Shown here: positions 36,590 to 46,363 of the stretch, in pieces
Position numbering within the stretch: the stretch's first letter is position 1
How the letters are laid out: each line of letters starts with the position of its first letter
From: Candidatus Kapaibacterium sp.
GTDB lineage: Bacteria; Bacteroidota; Ignavibacteria; Palsa-1295
Direction: 5' to 3'
NCBI GenBank assembly: GCA_035632315.1
Contig: DASQGZ010000047.1
Location: 685 to 64,684, forward strand
Length of the DNA: 64,000 bases
Program-made: the position numbers and the translations under genes
The notes under the pieces: model-generated
Told to the model about the DNA's origin: nothing
Databases searched by the model: none
The model's input: the letters and a program-made list of their open reading frames with translations, nothing else

Positions 36590-37333
36590 TTACAACTCTC
36601 CAGAGATCGCTTTGAGCTTTAGCTTCCAAACAAGCAGCATTGCCTCTCGGACGATCGACTTATTCATCTTGCTTGTCCCCGCACGGCGATCGACAAAAAC
36701 GATCGGGATCTCTTTGATCTTGAATTTTTTTCTCCACGCGCGGAAATTCATTTCGATCTGAAATGAATACCCATTCGAATGAATACTATTAAGATCGATC
36801 GCTTCGAGTACTTCGCGGCGAAAGCATTTGAACCCACCGGTTGCATCGTAGACTTTAATTCCAGTTACCAGCCGAGCGTATTTATTTGCATAATACGAAA
36901 GTAATAAACGACGCAGCGGCCAATTCGCAACATTCGCGCCGGTGATATACCGCGAACCGAGCACAAGATCATAGGATTGTATCTCGCGAAGAAAATTGGG
37001 GATCTCTTCGGGATCGTGTGAAAAATCGGCATCCATTTCGAACAAATAATCGAATTGATGTTCGAGCCCGTATTTAAAACCCGCAACATAAGCCGTACCA
37101 AGCCCCATTTTACCTGATCGCGATACAAGGTGCAACCGTTCGGGGCCGATTGTACTGTCAGCCTGCAGCCGCCGTACAATATCGGCGGTGCCATCAGGTG
37201 AATTATCGTCAACGATCAACACGGAAAGCGCAACATCAGGCGTTCTTCGCTCCTGCTCGAGAACAGCGCGAATAATATTCTCGGCATTATCCGCTTCGTT
37301 ATACGTCGGTATGATAATGAGGGCACGTTTCAT
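36590..37333 (-). CDS. polyprenol-phosphate mannosyl/glycosyl transferase (DPM1-like GT2)
   Basis: 247 aa. IIPTYNEADN, VLIVDDNSPDGT, EMDADFSHDP and C-terminal FVDRRAGTSKM, typical of dolichyl/polyprenyl-phosphate sugar synthases. Confidence 0.8.
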   Translation of the reverse strand: MKRALIIIPTYNEADNAENIIRAVLEQERRTPDVALSVLIVDDNSPDGTADIVRRLQADSTIGPERLHLVSRSGKMGLGTAYVAGFKYGLEHQFDYLFEMDADFSHDPEEIPNFLREIQSYDLVLGSRYITGANVANWPLRRLLLSYYANKYARLVTGIKVYDATGGFKCFRREVLEAIDLNSIHSNGYSFQIEMNFRAWRKKFKIKEIPIVFVDRRAGTSKMNKSIVREAMLLVWKLKLKAISGEL

Positions 37334-38478
37334 CCCGCTGCTCCCTGAACAACGTCTATGATTTTGGATGAAATATACTCAGTATCCTCATCTGTCAGTT
37401 CCGCGTGCATCGGAAGCGACAAAATATGTGCCGATGCAAACTCGGCATTTGGAAAATCGCCATGCTTCCCTCCATAGGAGGAATATGCGGGCTGGAGATG
37501 AAGCGGGATCGGGTAATATATTGCCGTCGGGATACCTTTTTTCTTCAAACTCGAATGGACGTCATCCCGATTTGATCTCACGACAATAGAATACTGATGC
37601 CAAATATGTTCGGCGCGATGATCAATGACCGGTGTTTTGATGATTTCGGGATACGTGGCAAAACATTCCGAATATACGGCTGCTATTTCCCTGCGGCGAG
37701 CATTCCACTCATCGAGATATTTCAATTTGACGTCGAGGACCGCTGCCTGAACAGAATCAAGCCGTGAGTTCACGCCAAGCCGGTCGTGGTGATAGGTTAC
37801 TGACGCACCATGATTACATACCGAGCGCGCAGTCTCTGCCAGTTTATCGTTATTTGATACGATCATTCCGCCATCTCCGTAAGCGCCGAGATTTTTTGAT
37901 GGATAGAATGAAATACACGAAAGATCGCCGAACGTACAAACTTTTTTTCCATCCCATGAAGCTCCGATCGCTTGCGCGGCGTCTTCGATGACATATATAT
38001 TGTGCGCATCGGCAATCTCCATTATGCGAGTAATATTCGCAGGCTGTCCGAACAAATGAACAGGAAGGATCGCTTTCGTACGCGGAGTGATTCGCTGTTC
38101 GATCTCCTCAACATTAATATTAAATGTATCCGGATCGATATCGACATAGACAGGCTTCGCCCCAAGCAATGCGATCGTCTCCGTCGTTGCAACGAAGGTG
38201 AATGGCGTAGTAATGACCTCATCGCCCGGCTTGATCCCGACCGTCATCAGCGCGATCTGAAGCGCATCAGTCCCTGATGCACAGCCGATAGCATGGCGGA
38301 CGCCGAGAAAGGCTTCCATATTGCGTTCGAATTGTTTTACGGCAGGACCGTTAATAAATGCCCCGCTTGTCAGTATGCCTGAGATGGCGCTATCGATTTC
38401 CGACTGATAACGACGATACTGACCGACGACATCGACCATTTGAATTGTTCTGTTTTGCTGCTCTGCCATGACGCTCAT
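37330..38478 (-). CDS. DegT/DnrJ/EryC1/StrS family sugar aminotransferase
   Basis: 382 aa. CASGTDALQIAL and PLP-lysine region SFYPSKNLGAYGDGG. 4-nt overlap with the downstream gene. Confidence 0.88.
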   Translation of the reverse strand: MSVMAEQQNRTIQMVDVVGQYRRYQSEIDSAISGILTSGAFINGPAVKQFERNMEAFLGVRHAIGCASGTDALQIALMTVGIKPGDEVITTPFTFVATTETIALLGAKPVYVDIDPDTFNINVEEIEQRITPRTKAILPVHLFGQPANITRIMEIADAHNIYVIEDAAQAIGASWDGKKVCTFGDLSCISFYPSKNLGAYGDGGMIVSNNDKLAETARSVCNHGASVTYHHDRLGVNSRLDSVQAAVLDVKLKYLDEWNARRREIAAVYSECFATYPEIIKTPVIDHRAEHIWHQYSIVVRSNRDDVHSSLKKKGIPTAIYYPIPLHLQPAYSSYGGKHGDFPNAEFASAHILSLPMHAELTDEDTEYISSKIIDVVQGAAG

Positions 38479-38480
38479 TT

Positions 38481-39908
38481 TTATGCTTGCCCTTTCCCTT
38501 TCAACATCATATATGCTGTTCGCAGTAAGATCTTAATATCGAGTCTGAACGAGATCGACTCTATATACATCAGATCATGTTTAAGACGATTTCGTACATC
38601 ATCCAAATTTTCATCATATTTATCAACCATCGCCTGATAAAGTCCCGTTATACCGGGGCGCACTTTCAAACGACGGCGATAATATGGGATGTCTAGGCTC
38701 AATTGCTTTACAAAAAACTCCCGCTCCGGTCTTGGCCCGACGAGAGACATATCGCCTCTGAGAACATTCCAAAACTGAGGCACTTCGTCAAGATGCGTTT
38801 TGCGGAGAAATTTTCCGAAGGGCGTCACGCGAGGGTCATTCTTTTGTGCCCACTGTGGTCCACCCTTTTCCGCATCCTCTGACATAGAACGAAACTTAAA
38901 TATTTGAAAGATCGTCCCGTTCTTGCCAACACGCTCCTGTGAATAAATAACAGGCCCTCGTGATGTCAGTCTCACTGCCAACGCAACAATAAGCCAAAGC
39001 GGTAGACCGATCACCAGGACACAAGCGCTTACTACAATATCAAGAATTCGTTTCGCCGCTTCCTCCCAGGGGCGCATTAATTCCGGATTGATGTCGATCA
39101 GCGGAAAGCCATATATTTCGCGGGTTCGCGCTTGTCCGGAAATAATGTCATACAGATCGGGCATGATTTTCAGCCCTATATTTTGACCTGAAAGTCGACC
39201 GACAAGATCGAGCAATCGTTCATGTTCACCGGAATCGAGAGCGATCAGCACCTCTTTGACTTTCTCTCGTTCGATCACTTGTTCGATCTCGGCGTATGAC
39301 CCCACCCGATGTAACCCCGAAGCCTTAACGGCATCTTCTGTTCCGTTCGTGTTGACATAACCGATCACCTGATACCCGAGCCGACGAGCTTTCGAAAGAT
39401 TCTGTGCAAGTTGAGTAGCCTTTGCCGTTTCACCCACGATCAGTGCGCTGCGCATACCGATTCCGGCTTCAAGTAGTCGGCGCTGGGAATAGCGTACAAG
39501 CAAACGCACTGTAACCACAAGGATCGAAATACAGCAAAAGTAGATCAGCCCGAGTAATCGCGGATCGTTCTGTTTCGGGAAGCTGTCACTCATTTCCGAC
39601 GGACGTGTCAATATCAGCACCATAAAAGCGAGCACGCCAAAACCGAGTGTTTTGAGGATCGTTACGATCTCATCGAAGATTGGCCGAACATACCACGAGC
39701 GGTATAATCCAAAAAACAGAAACGCTGCAAGCCAAAACAGATAAATATTCAACGATATCATGATCGGCGAACCTAAGCCGATTTCTAGACCGGGCCGAAC
39801 GACGAACCACCCCGAATGCAGACGCAGCCAATAAAATAAGATCCACGCGGCGTTAATGGCAAGAAAATCGCCGATCAGGAGCGTGATCATTTCTTTGCGT
39901 CTGGTCAT
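38481..39908 (-). CDS. polyprenyl glycosylphosphotransferase (WbaP/WcaJ-type initiating sugar transferase)
   Basis: 475 aa. N-terminal TM block, Rossmann segment, and a complete Bac_transf core: GPVIYSQERVG, FKFRSM, DPRVTPFGKFLRKTHLDEVPQFWNVLRGDMSLVGPRP, RPGITG. Confidence 0.88.
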   Translation of the reverse strand: MTRRKEMITLLIGDFLAINAAWILFYWLRLHSGWFVVRPGLEIGLGSPIMISLNIYLFWLAAFLFFGLYRSWYVRPIFDEIVTILKTLGFGVLAFMVLILTRPSEMSDSFPKQNDPRLLGLIYFCCISILVVTVRLLVRYSQRRLLEAGIGMRSALIVGETAKATQLAQNLSKARRLGYQVIGYVNTNGTEDAVKASGLHRVGSYAEIEQVIEREKVKEVLIALDSGEHERLLDLVGRLSGQNIGLKIMPDLYDIISGQARTREIYGFPLIDINPELMRPWEEAAKRILDIVVSACVLVIGLPLWLIVALAVRLTSRGPVIYSQERVGKNGTIFQIFKFRSMSEDAEKGGPQWAQKNDPRVTPFGKFLRKTHLDEVPQFWNVLRGDMSLVGPRPEREFFVKQLSLDIPYYRRRLKVRPGITGLYQAMVDKYDENLDDVRNRLKHDLMYIESISFRLDIKILLRTAYMMLKGKGQA

Positions 39909-41107
39909 AATGCGCTGCCCAAACCGTGGCTTTTATGAACTGATCCGCGAGACGATGAACGCCATATTTCTTCATCGGAGCGTGTGATGTATTTAATTGT
40001 GCCAACAACATATGCTGCATTCATCACGAAAAGCCACGACAATTGACGCAATACCGGTATGCTCACACCCGCCATTTCTGCAGCAAAACCGATGAGTGCA
40101 AATCCTGAGATAACTGCCGCACAAATTAAAATCACTTTATATATCAAGAGAGATGTCACAGCAAAACCAAGCGTTGCCAGTCCGACGAGAGTGAGAGCAA
40201 AAAAAGGACTTGACCAGCGAAGTAATTTATGTGACCATAAAATAAATGCCGTCCTCCCTGCACGAGGAAGGATCAGCTTCGGGAAAAATGCAAAGGTATG
40301 GTATCCTCGCGACGCAAAGCGTGACTTCCGACGAAACTCTTCACGAAGCGTTCGCGCAAATCTCTCGGTTGCGATCGAACGCTGCTCAAAAGCGACTCGA
40401 TGATTCTTATCGAGAACCGAGAGGACCATATACAGATCATCGTGAACTAATGTATCAGGAAGCGGCTGCCAAAGCGAGCGGCGCACGGTATAATTACATC
40501 CGGCGAGCCCCACAGTCGAATAAAACCGTGATTCGCTATCGCGAATTTGCTGCTCGAGTGTCAGGTATTCACGCTCGGAAGCAAAGAGTGACGATCGGTC
40601 AGCGCTACCGATCTCGTATGATCCTGCTACCGCACCGATAGTGTTGTCAATATAATGAGAGACCTGCGCTGCAAGCGCGTTCGGCGCCAATTCTATGTCC
40701 GCATCGATGAAAAAAAGTATTTCCCCGGTTGACAGAGAAATAATATCATTCAATACAGTGATCTTGCCTCGTTGCTCACTGTACAAATGCAACCTGAAAA
40801 TTGGAGAAAGAGACTGATACGATTTCAGAATTTCATTCGTCCGATCTGTCGAACCATCGGAACCGATGATGATCTCTAAACGATCTCGGGGATAATCAAG
40901 CGCCAACACTGAATCGATGCATCGCTCGATCACTTTCTCCTCGTTGTGAACAGATAAAATGACTGAAACTGTAGGCCGGTAGGACTCGTCATTCGACAAC
41001 GGCCTCGGAAACCACATTGCAAGTAACCTGATCACGAGCGGGTAGAACAGATAGCAATATCCGACTGCCGCAAGACAGAAAATAATCCCGATATTCAAGA
41101 ATGCCAT
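39905..41107 (-). CDS. membrane-anchored family 2 glycosyltransferase (synthase-like)
   Basis: 400 aa. N-terminal TM, SVILSVHNEE, FFIDADIEL, CNYTVRRSLW, then several C-terminal TM helices. Confidence 0.72.
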   Translation of the reverse strand: MAFLNIGIIFCLAAVGYCYLFYPLVIRLLAMWFPRPLSNDESYRPTVSVILSVHNEEKVIERCIDSVLALDYPRDRLEIIIGSDGSTDRTNEILKSYQSLSPIFRLHLYSEQRGKITVLNDIISLSTGEILFFIDADIELAPNALAAQVSHYIDNTIGAVAGSYEIGSADRSSLFASEREYLTLEQQIRDSESRFYSTVGLAGCNYTVRRSLWQPLPDTLVHDDLYMVLSVLDKNHRVAFEQRSIATERFARTLREEFRRKSRFASRGYHTFAFFPKLILPRAGRTAFILWSHKLLRWSSPFFALTLVGLATLGFAVTSLLIYKVILICAAVISGFALIGFAAEMAGVSIPVLRQLSWLFVMNAAYVVGTIKYITRSDEEIWRSSSRGSVHKSHGLGSAL

Positions 41108-42312
41108 TACGATCTTTCCAAAACGCCTTCATAGACTTTCACGAACTCTTGTGCGATACGCTGCCAGGAATACTCATCCTCCGTTAATTTCCTTGCATTA
41201 GCACCGATCTGTGCTCGTAACGGGGCATCACGAAGTAATCGCAATACTGAAATTGCGAACGATTCGGCATCATCGCGAAGAAATAAATGCGTGCCGTCTG
41301 TCCCTTTATTCCCCTCAGCGCCAATGCGAGTCGAAACGACAGCCTTTCCTGCTGCAAAGAAATCCAGCAGTTTTAGCCGCATTCCACTGCCTACTCGGAG
41401 TGGGCATACCAGCACCTTTGCTTTCGCCAGAAACGGGCGAATGTCAGGTACCCGCCCGTAGAGCTTGATACGTCCTTGAGAATGATGCGCTATCGCCCCA
41501 AGCCGCTCGGTGCCCGAGCCAATAATGTCAAAGCCTATATTTGGCTCGTCCTCAACAATTTTAGGGAAGATTTCCTTCGCAAAAAACGTGACAGCATCTA
41601 AATTGGGCTCCCAATCCATCCCGCCAACCCACAGAACTCTATTCTCTTCCAATTCAACCGGTTGCGGATTGTAATAATCCGTATCAACCCCGGCAGATAT
41701 GAGTTTATAGCGAGCCATGGGGGCATAGTTCTTCATTTGTGCCTCGTCTTCAGGGGTGATGGCAACGACGATATCGTGTCCTGCGATGATCTTCGTTTCT
41801 TCGGCAAGCATCCTCTTTGCGTGCATGTTCGCAACGATTTTTGCAAAGGGATTTCTCGTATTCTGGGCAAACCGACGGTAGATTAATGTTTCAAAATTAT
41901 GTTGCCGTAAAACAATTGGCAGAGAATAATTTTCTTTTATCCACATCCCGTACTTGCCCATATGTGAAGCATCAATATGAACAAGATCGAATTTAGACTC
42001 GTCTAATAATCTCTTAATGAGCGAAAACATTTCGGGCATCATTCGTCGTTCGATCGGGTAAGCACCCGTGAAGATCGTTCGAATAAGCGTGCGTGATCGA
42101 GACGGTAATGGTTTTGAAACAAGCTCGATGCGGCAAAAGCGTTGAAGTTCTTCGATTCCTGCTCGAGTTATCTCAGGATCGGGATCCGGAAATGTGACGA
42201 ACGTGATCTCATGCCCAAGCTTCGCGATCGCTTCGGTCGGCTTATAAATACCGATCGCCCCGCCATCAACCAGCGGAAATGGAAAACGAGGTGAAAGCTG
42301 AAGAATACGCAA
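41107..42312 (-). CDS. GT4-family (GT-B fold) glycosyltransferase
   Basis: 401 aa. MRILQLSPRFPFPLVDGGAI N-terminus and C-terminal E-x7-E type region CPLRVGSGMRLKLLDFFAAGKAVVST. Confidence 0.8.
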   Translation of the reverse strand: MRILQLSPRFPFPLVDGGAIGIYKPTEAIAKLGHEITFVTFPDPDPEITRAGIEELQRFCRIELVSKPLPSRSRTLIRTIFTGAYPIERRMMPEMFSLIKRLLDESKFDLVHIDASHMGKYGMWIKENYSLPIVLRQHNFETLIYRRFAQNTRNPFAKIVANMHAKRMLAEETKIIAGHDIVVAITPEDEAQMKNYAPMARYKLISAGVDTDYYNPQPVELEENRVLWVGGMDWEPNLDAVTFFAKEIFPKIVEDEPNIGFDIIGSGTERLGAIAHHSQGRIKLYGRVPDIRPFLAKAKVLVCPLRVGSGMRLKLLDFFAAGKAVVSTRIGAEGNKGTDGTHLFLRDDAESFAISVLRLLRDAPLRAQIGANARKLTEDEYSWQRIAQEFVKVYEGVLERS

Positions 42313-42336
42313 ATAGGTTGCTGCGTTACTTATTGG

Positions 42337-43260
42337 TTATTCATGTGCCCAAGAATACGGGTGAACGGGTACTCGCTTCGACGTCAATCCACCGATGATG
42401 CCCTTTATGAAGAAGCGAAAACAATTCCTTTTTTGCATGAACGATAAATACAAACCAGCAATGCTATAATACCCTACCATGTATGGGATGCGCCACGGAT
42501 TACTCATCCGTGCAAAAATAAAGAAATTATGTACCATCATCGTAACGAATGGTGTGCATTGCTTTCTCGGAGGCACTTTTCCCTCCCTCTCTTTACCACC
42601 CCCAGTATCTGCCCCCAAATGATACAGAATAGACTGAGGTTGAAAAAAGACTTTATATCCTTGCTTATTGATTCGAAGGAAAAATGATGCGGCTTCTCCA
42701 AAGTCAGAAATCAAATTAGGATCATCCAGTGGTATCTTCTTAAGTAAGTCTCTTGAAATGAATAAACCACATTCTGCGCAAATATTGATGTACTGTTCTT
42801 TATACCCACCATTAATAACCAATACAGGATACATATTAAATTTAAAACCAGTTCGAAAATATTGTCTTGATTCATCTCGAAGGTTCTGTTGCCCAAGATC
42901 CCGAAACACTATTTTTGTTTGGACTAATGGCTTACCCTGCTCCAACGTCGGAATCACATCTCTTATCCATCCATTTTCAGGGATCATATCATCGTCAAGC
43001 GAAACAACATAGTCTCCCTTTGCAGCTTCAATCCCTACTCGCTTTGCTGAAGTGTCTCCTTTCCCATCTGCAGTGAGATAGACAATTTCAGGAAACTCAT
43101 TTTTTACCATTTGCTCCGTTCCATCGGTTGACCGATCATTTATTACAATGACTTCTATATCTGCTGCTGCATTCGAAGCCTTGTCGTTTCGTAAAGCTAA
43201 TAGCAGTTGCTTCAAAAGCTTTTCCCTGTTAAAGGTCGGAATAATAATTGAAATGTTCAT
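42337..43260 (-). CDS. family 2 glycosyltransferase
   Basis: 307 aa. ISIIIPTFNRE, VIVINDRSTDGT and VVSLDDDMIP (DxD). First gene of the low-GC cassette. Confidence 0.75.
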   Translation of the reverse strand: MNISIIIPTFNREKLLKQLLLALRNDKASNAAADIEVIVINDRSTDGTEQMVKNEFPEIVYLTADGKGDTSAKRVGIEAAKGDYVVSLDDDMIPENGWIRDVIPTLEQGKPLVQTKIVFRDLGQQNLRDESRQYFRTGFKFNMYPVLVINGGYKEQYINICAECGLFISRDLLKKIPLDDPNLISDFGEAASFFLRINKQGYKVFFQPQSILYHLGADTGGGKEREGKVPPRKQCTPFVTMMVHNFFIFARMSNPWRIPYMVGYYSIAGLYLSFMQKRNCFRFFIKGIIGGLTSKRVPVHPYSWAHE

Positions 43261-43302
43261 CTAGGTTTATTCTTTTTGAATGATGTGTAAATTGGAATTT
43301 GA

Positions 43303-44958
43303 CTACACTATATCTTCAAGTTGATATGCGGGCACGTGACGTTTCCGTGTATATGAAAATATTTTTTTTACATCTGCTTTTGTTAATGATTTAGTCATAA
43401 ATGCCAAACTTATATAAATTAAAATAATGCATCCTGAGGTTGTCAGTTCATTCATCCGCAGAGTTAGTAATAATAAAAGAATTACAACAGAAATGGAAAT
43501 ACATAGCAACCATCTTGTCAATGAATAATAAAACTTGTTTACATCTACCGATGGAATGGTTTTCAGTACAAAACAAAACCCTATACACCCAATTGTTAAC
43601 CCAACCATTCTTGATACTATTGATCCGACAGCGCCATAGATTCGGATTAGAAATAAATCAGAAATAAGTGTAACAGCCATCATTGTAAAGCGAAAAATAG
43701 TAGAACTCCATAAAGAGCCACTAGAAATACTGATTTCTGCCAACAGCGTAATGAATGAAAGTGGAATAAATGACCATCCAAGATAAATAAATAATTGACT
43801 CGCATCTGAGTACCCACGTCCCAGTATTGTACGTGCGAGAAAATCATGTGACGTTGTTAATAACAACGCAACGCCGCCGGAAAACAGAAAGAGGGCCCGA
43901 AACACTTCATTTACTAGCTCCTGAACGCTAAAAGTAGAAATTCGTGTTAGCCGTTTTGCAACTTCTGGGGCTACGATGTTAACAAGCACCATCGGGACGA
44001 CGCTGAGCGCTGTTACTATTCTTAAACTTGCGCCAAATGATGAAACTTGCGATCGATCAGACCATTTGTCGAGAAGAATTGGATCAAGGTTATTGAAAAT
44101 TGTTATAAATGCGGTTCCAAGAATAAGTGGGAAAGCATTTTTTAGAATTCGTCTCATCACGATCCAAGAAAATTTTAACCTAATAGACTCTTTAATCAAC
44201 CACTTGCTGATAATAATCCAGACAAGAATAAACCCTGGTAGCGAACAGAGAGTATATACCAATGTAGCGGTAATCAGTGACAACGAAGTTCTGGAAAATA
44301 AGAACAAGCTCCCAGCAAATAAAATACTATCTAATAAAGCTATTGAAGAACTTAAAACAAATTTTCCTCTGGCAAGAATAAACGTATCCCCTACATTCCT
44401 AAATGCAAGTAGACGGGGCGAAATAATAATGGTGAATAGAAGGATACGCATAAGAAATGTTGCTTGAGGCCCATACCCCATCATAGGTGGAATAAAGAAA
44501 ATAAATAAGCAAACAAGTACACTTGCTACACCACGCATTAGGAGGATTGTGCCAAGAACATCGCCGCGAGTATCATTTGCTCCAAGAACACTTTCTGCTT
44601 CTGTTTCAGAAAACATCTTCATAAACAATGAAGTGAGACCAAGGTCAACGAACAATGCTAAAAGTGCAATAAAACTGATTGATATGACAAATATTGAATA
44701 CTCCTCACGACTGATGTTTCGAATAATTAGAATTTGTCCAACATATAGAAAAAAATAAAGAAGGATATTTATGATAAGACTAGCCGATGTTGTCCTTGCT
44801 AAAGAAGTACCATTCTTCAGATCTGAACCTAGGCTATGCCCACCTCTGGTGGCTAGCAATTTGCTTGTTCCGCTGTGTCTGTCCGGTTTCATGTAATCAC
44901 TTCGGTCGTGAAGGTGCTGGATTAATTGTTCGTGTTTCAACTGATCTTGCCTGTTCAT
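43303..44958 (-). CDS. polysaccharide flippase (Wzx-like, MOP superfamily)
   Basis: About 12 predicted TM segments over roughly 500 aa, positioned between a GT and a Wzy-like gene. ATG at 44892 removes the 62-nt overlap with the upstream gene and is the likelier start. Confidence 0.68.
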   Translation of the reverse strand: MNRQDQLKHEQLIQHLHDRSDYMKPDRHSGTSKLLATRGGHSLGSDLKNGTSLARTTSASLIINILLYFFLYVGQILIIRNISREEYSIFVISISFIALLALFVDLGLTSLFMKMFSETEAESVLGANDTRGDVLGTILLMRGVASVLVCLFIFFIPPMMGYGPQATFLMRILLFTIIISPRLLAFRNVGDTFILARGKFVLSSSIALLDSILFAGSLFLFSRTSLSLITATLVYTLCSLPGFILVWIIISKWLIKESIRLKFSWIVMRRILKNAFPLILGTAFITIFNNLDPILLDKWSDRSQVSSFGASLRIVTALSVVPMVLVNIVAPEVAKRLTRISTFSVQELVNEVFRALFLFSGGVALLLTTSHDFLARTILGRGYSDASQLFIYLGWSFIPLSFITLLAEISISSGSLWSSTIFRFTMMAVTLISDLFLIRIYGAVGSIVSRMVGLTIGCIGFCFVLKTIPSVDVNKFYYSLTRWLLCISISVVILLLLLTLRMNELTTSGCIILIYISLAFMTKSLTKADVKKIFSYTRKRHVPAYQLEDIV

Positions 44959-46363
44959 ATTTCACAATTATAAATCCCCAAATAAGTCCGATGTATAGCA
45001 TATCTGATCGCTCTGCAAATCCATTCTCAACAATAAATCGCACCATGCATAAAAGCAATATTATCACGCCACTTCTCAGCATCAATTTTTCTTGAAGTTT
45101 TAGTACCGAAGAATATGAAAGTCGGACCCCGAGAAAAATAATAGATAAGTATGAAAAAGAAAGAAACACAAACCCAATAATACCAAATTTCAACATCCAG
45201 CCGAGATAGGTATTATGGGTGTAACCAGAGAGGGATGTTACGCCAACAATCCACCCATACAATTTATACATGCCGCCAAACCCAAGCCCAGTAATCGGCG
45301 CATTGCCGATCTGATTAAGTACACTACGCCATTCTATGTACCTATTGACAAGTGATATATCCGTTCCCACCTGCGATGAAGATGTAAACTTTGATATAGT
45401 CCATTTTAATACAGTAGCGAAAAGCGGAGTCGTTGCATATAATAATATCCCTAAAAAAGTAAAGATACCAAGAAGAAGTAGCAGAGCAAACACAGATTTG
45501 TCGCGTTGCTTTCTGGGAAACCATGTTATTAATATAGGTATGAAAAAAACTAAACTAACCCAAATAGCGCGCTCAAAGGTCAAAATAAGTCCGAAACAAG
45601 TTAAAATTAATCCCGCGATGAGCCACTTCCGATTTGCATGAATTTCTCCAGAGGAAAAAAGAGACAGCATGATAACAAACATAGATATCATCCCAATTGC
45701 ACCTACTCTTGATGTCCCAGTTTCAAATAAATATGTTGCTTCGGTTATTGTAGATCGAATTTTAATAAAAGAAAGGGCTATTGTTAAAAGCCATGCGACA
45801 AGTAGTGCCACAAATAGATTATGTTCAAAATTTTCAGATCGCTTGCTTGCTTCACGGTACAACAAGGGGACTGCAACGATGGACCAAAAAATCAAGAATT
45901 CCCTAAACCAAAAATTTGGATCTGTCCTTCCATCGATCATTTCGGGTATTGCAATTAATAATCCCCAGATTGCAACAAATGACAATGCTAATATCGCTGG
46001 GTGATAGGTTGTGATTTTTTTGGTAATCAATCCATGATAGAAAATGTATGCAATAGATCCCAAAAGGAGTATACCTCCTGCGATCTCAAATACGTTCGTG
46101 TGAGATTCTATAGTCCCATAACTTTTAAATTTAGCTAACGGTACAAATATCAATAGCCCATATAATATAAGGGCTGGATCTTTACAGACAATAAATAAAA
46201 AAAAGATTCCTATCAATCCACTGCAAATATAGATGTAAGGAATATCAAAAAAACAGGTTGCTCCAAGAGCGATAGAAATAACGAATATTACACTCTGGGC
46301 GCGAATCGGTAGAGATGGCATCATCGTGTTCCCGGGTCTCATCAAAGCCTCAGACGTAGTCAT
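44897..46363 (-). CDS. O-antigen polymerase/ligase-family membrane protein (Wzy-like)
   Basis: 488 aa and polytopic, with one larger loop (RSVLNQIGNAPITGLGFGGMYKLY..GYTHNTYLGWMLKFG) resembling the Wzy_C/O-antigen ligase motif. Confidence 0.62.
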   Translation of the reverse strand: MTTSEALMRPGNTMMPSLPIRAQSVIFVISIALGATCFFDIPYIYICSGLIGIFFLFIVCKDPALILYGLLIFVPLAKFKSYGTIESHTNVFEIAGGILLLGSIAYIFYHGLITKKITTYHPAILALSFVAIWGLLIAIPEMIDGRTDPNFWFREFLIFWSIVAVPLLYREASKRSENFEHNLFVALLVAWLLTIALSFIKIRSTITEATYLFETGTSRVGAIGMISMFVIMLSLFSSGEIHANRKWLIAGLILTCFGLILTFERAIWVSLVFFIPILITWFPRKQRDKSVFALLLLLGIFTFLGILLYATTPLFATVLKWTISKFTSSSQVGTDISLVNRYIEWRSVLNQIGNAPITGLGFGGMYKLYGWIVGVTSLSGYTHNTYLGWMLKFGIIGFVFLSFSYLSIIFLGVRLSYSSVLKLQEKLMLRSGVIILLLCMVRFIVENGFAERSDMLYIGLIWGFIIVKYEQARSVETRTINPAPSRPK

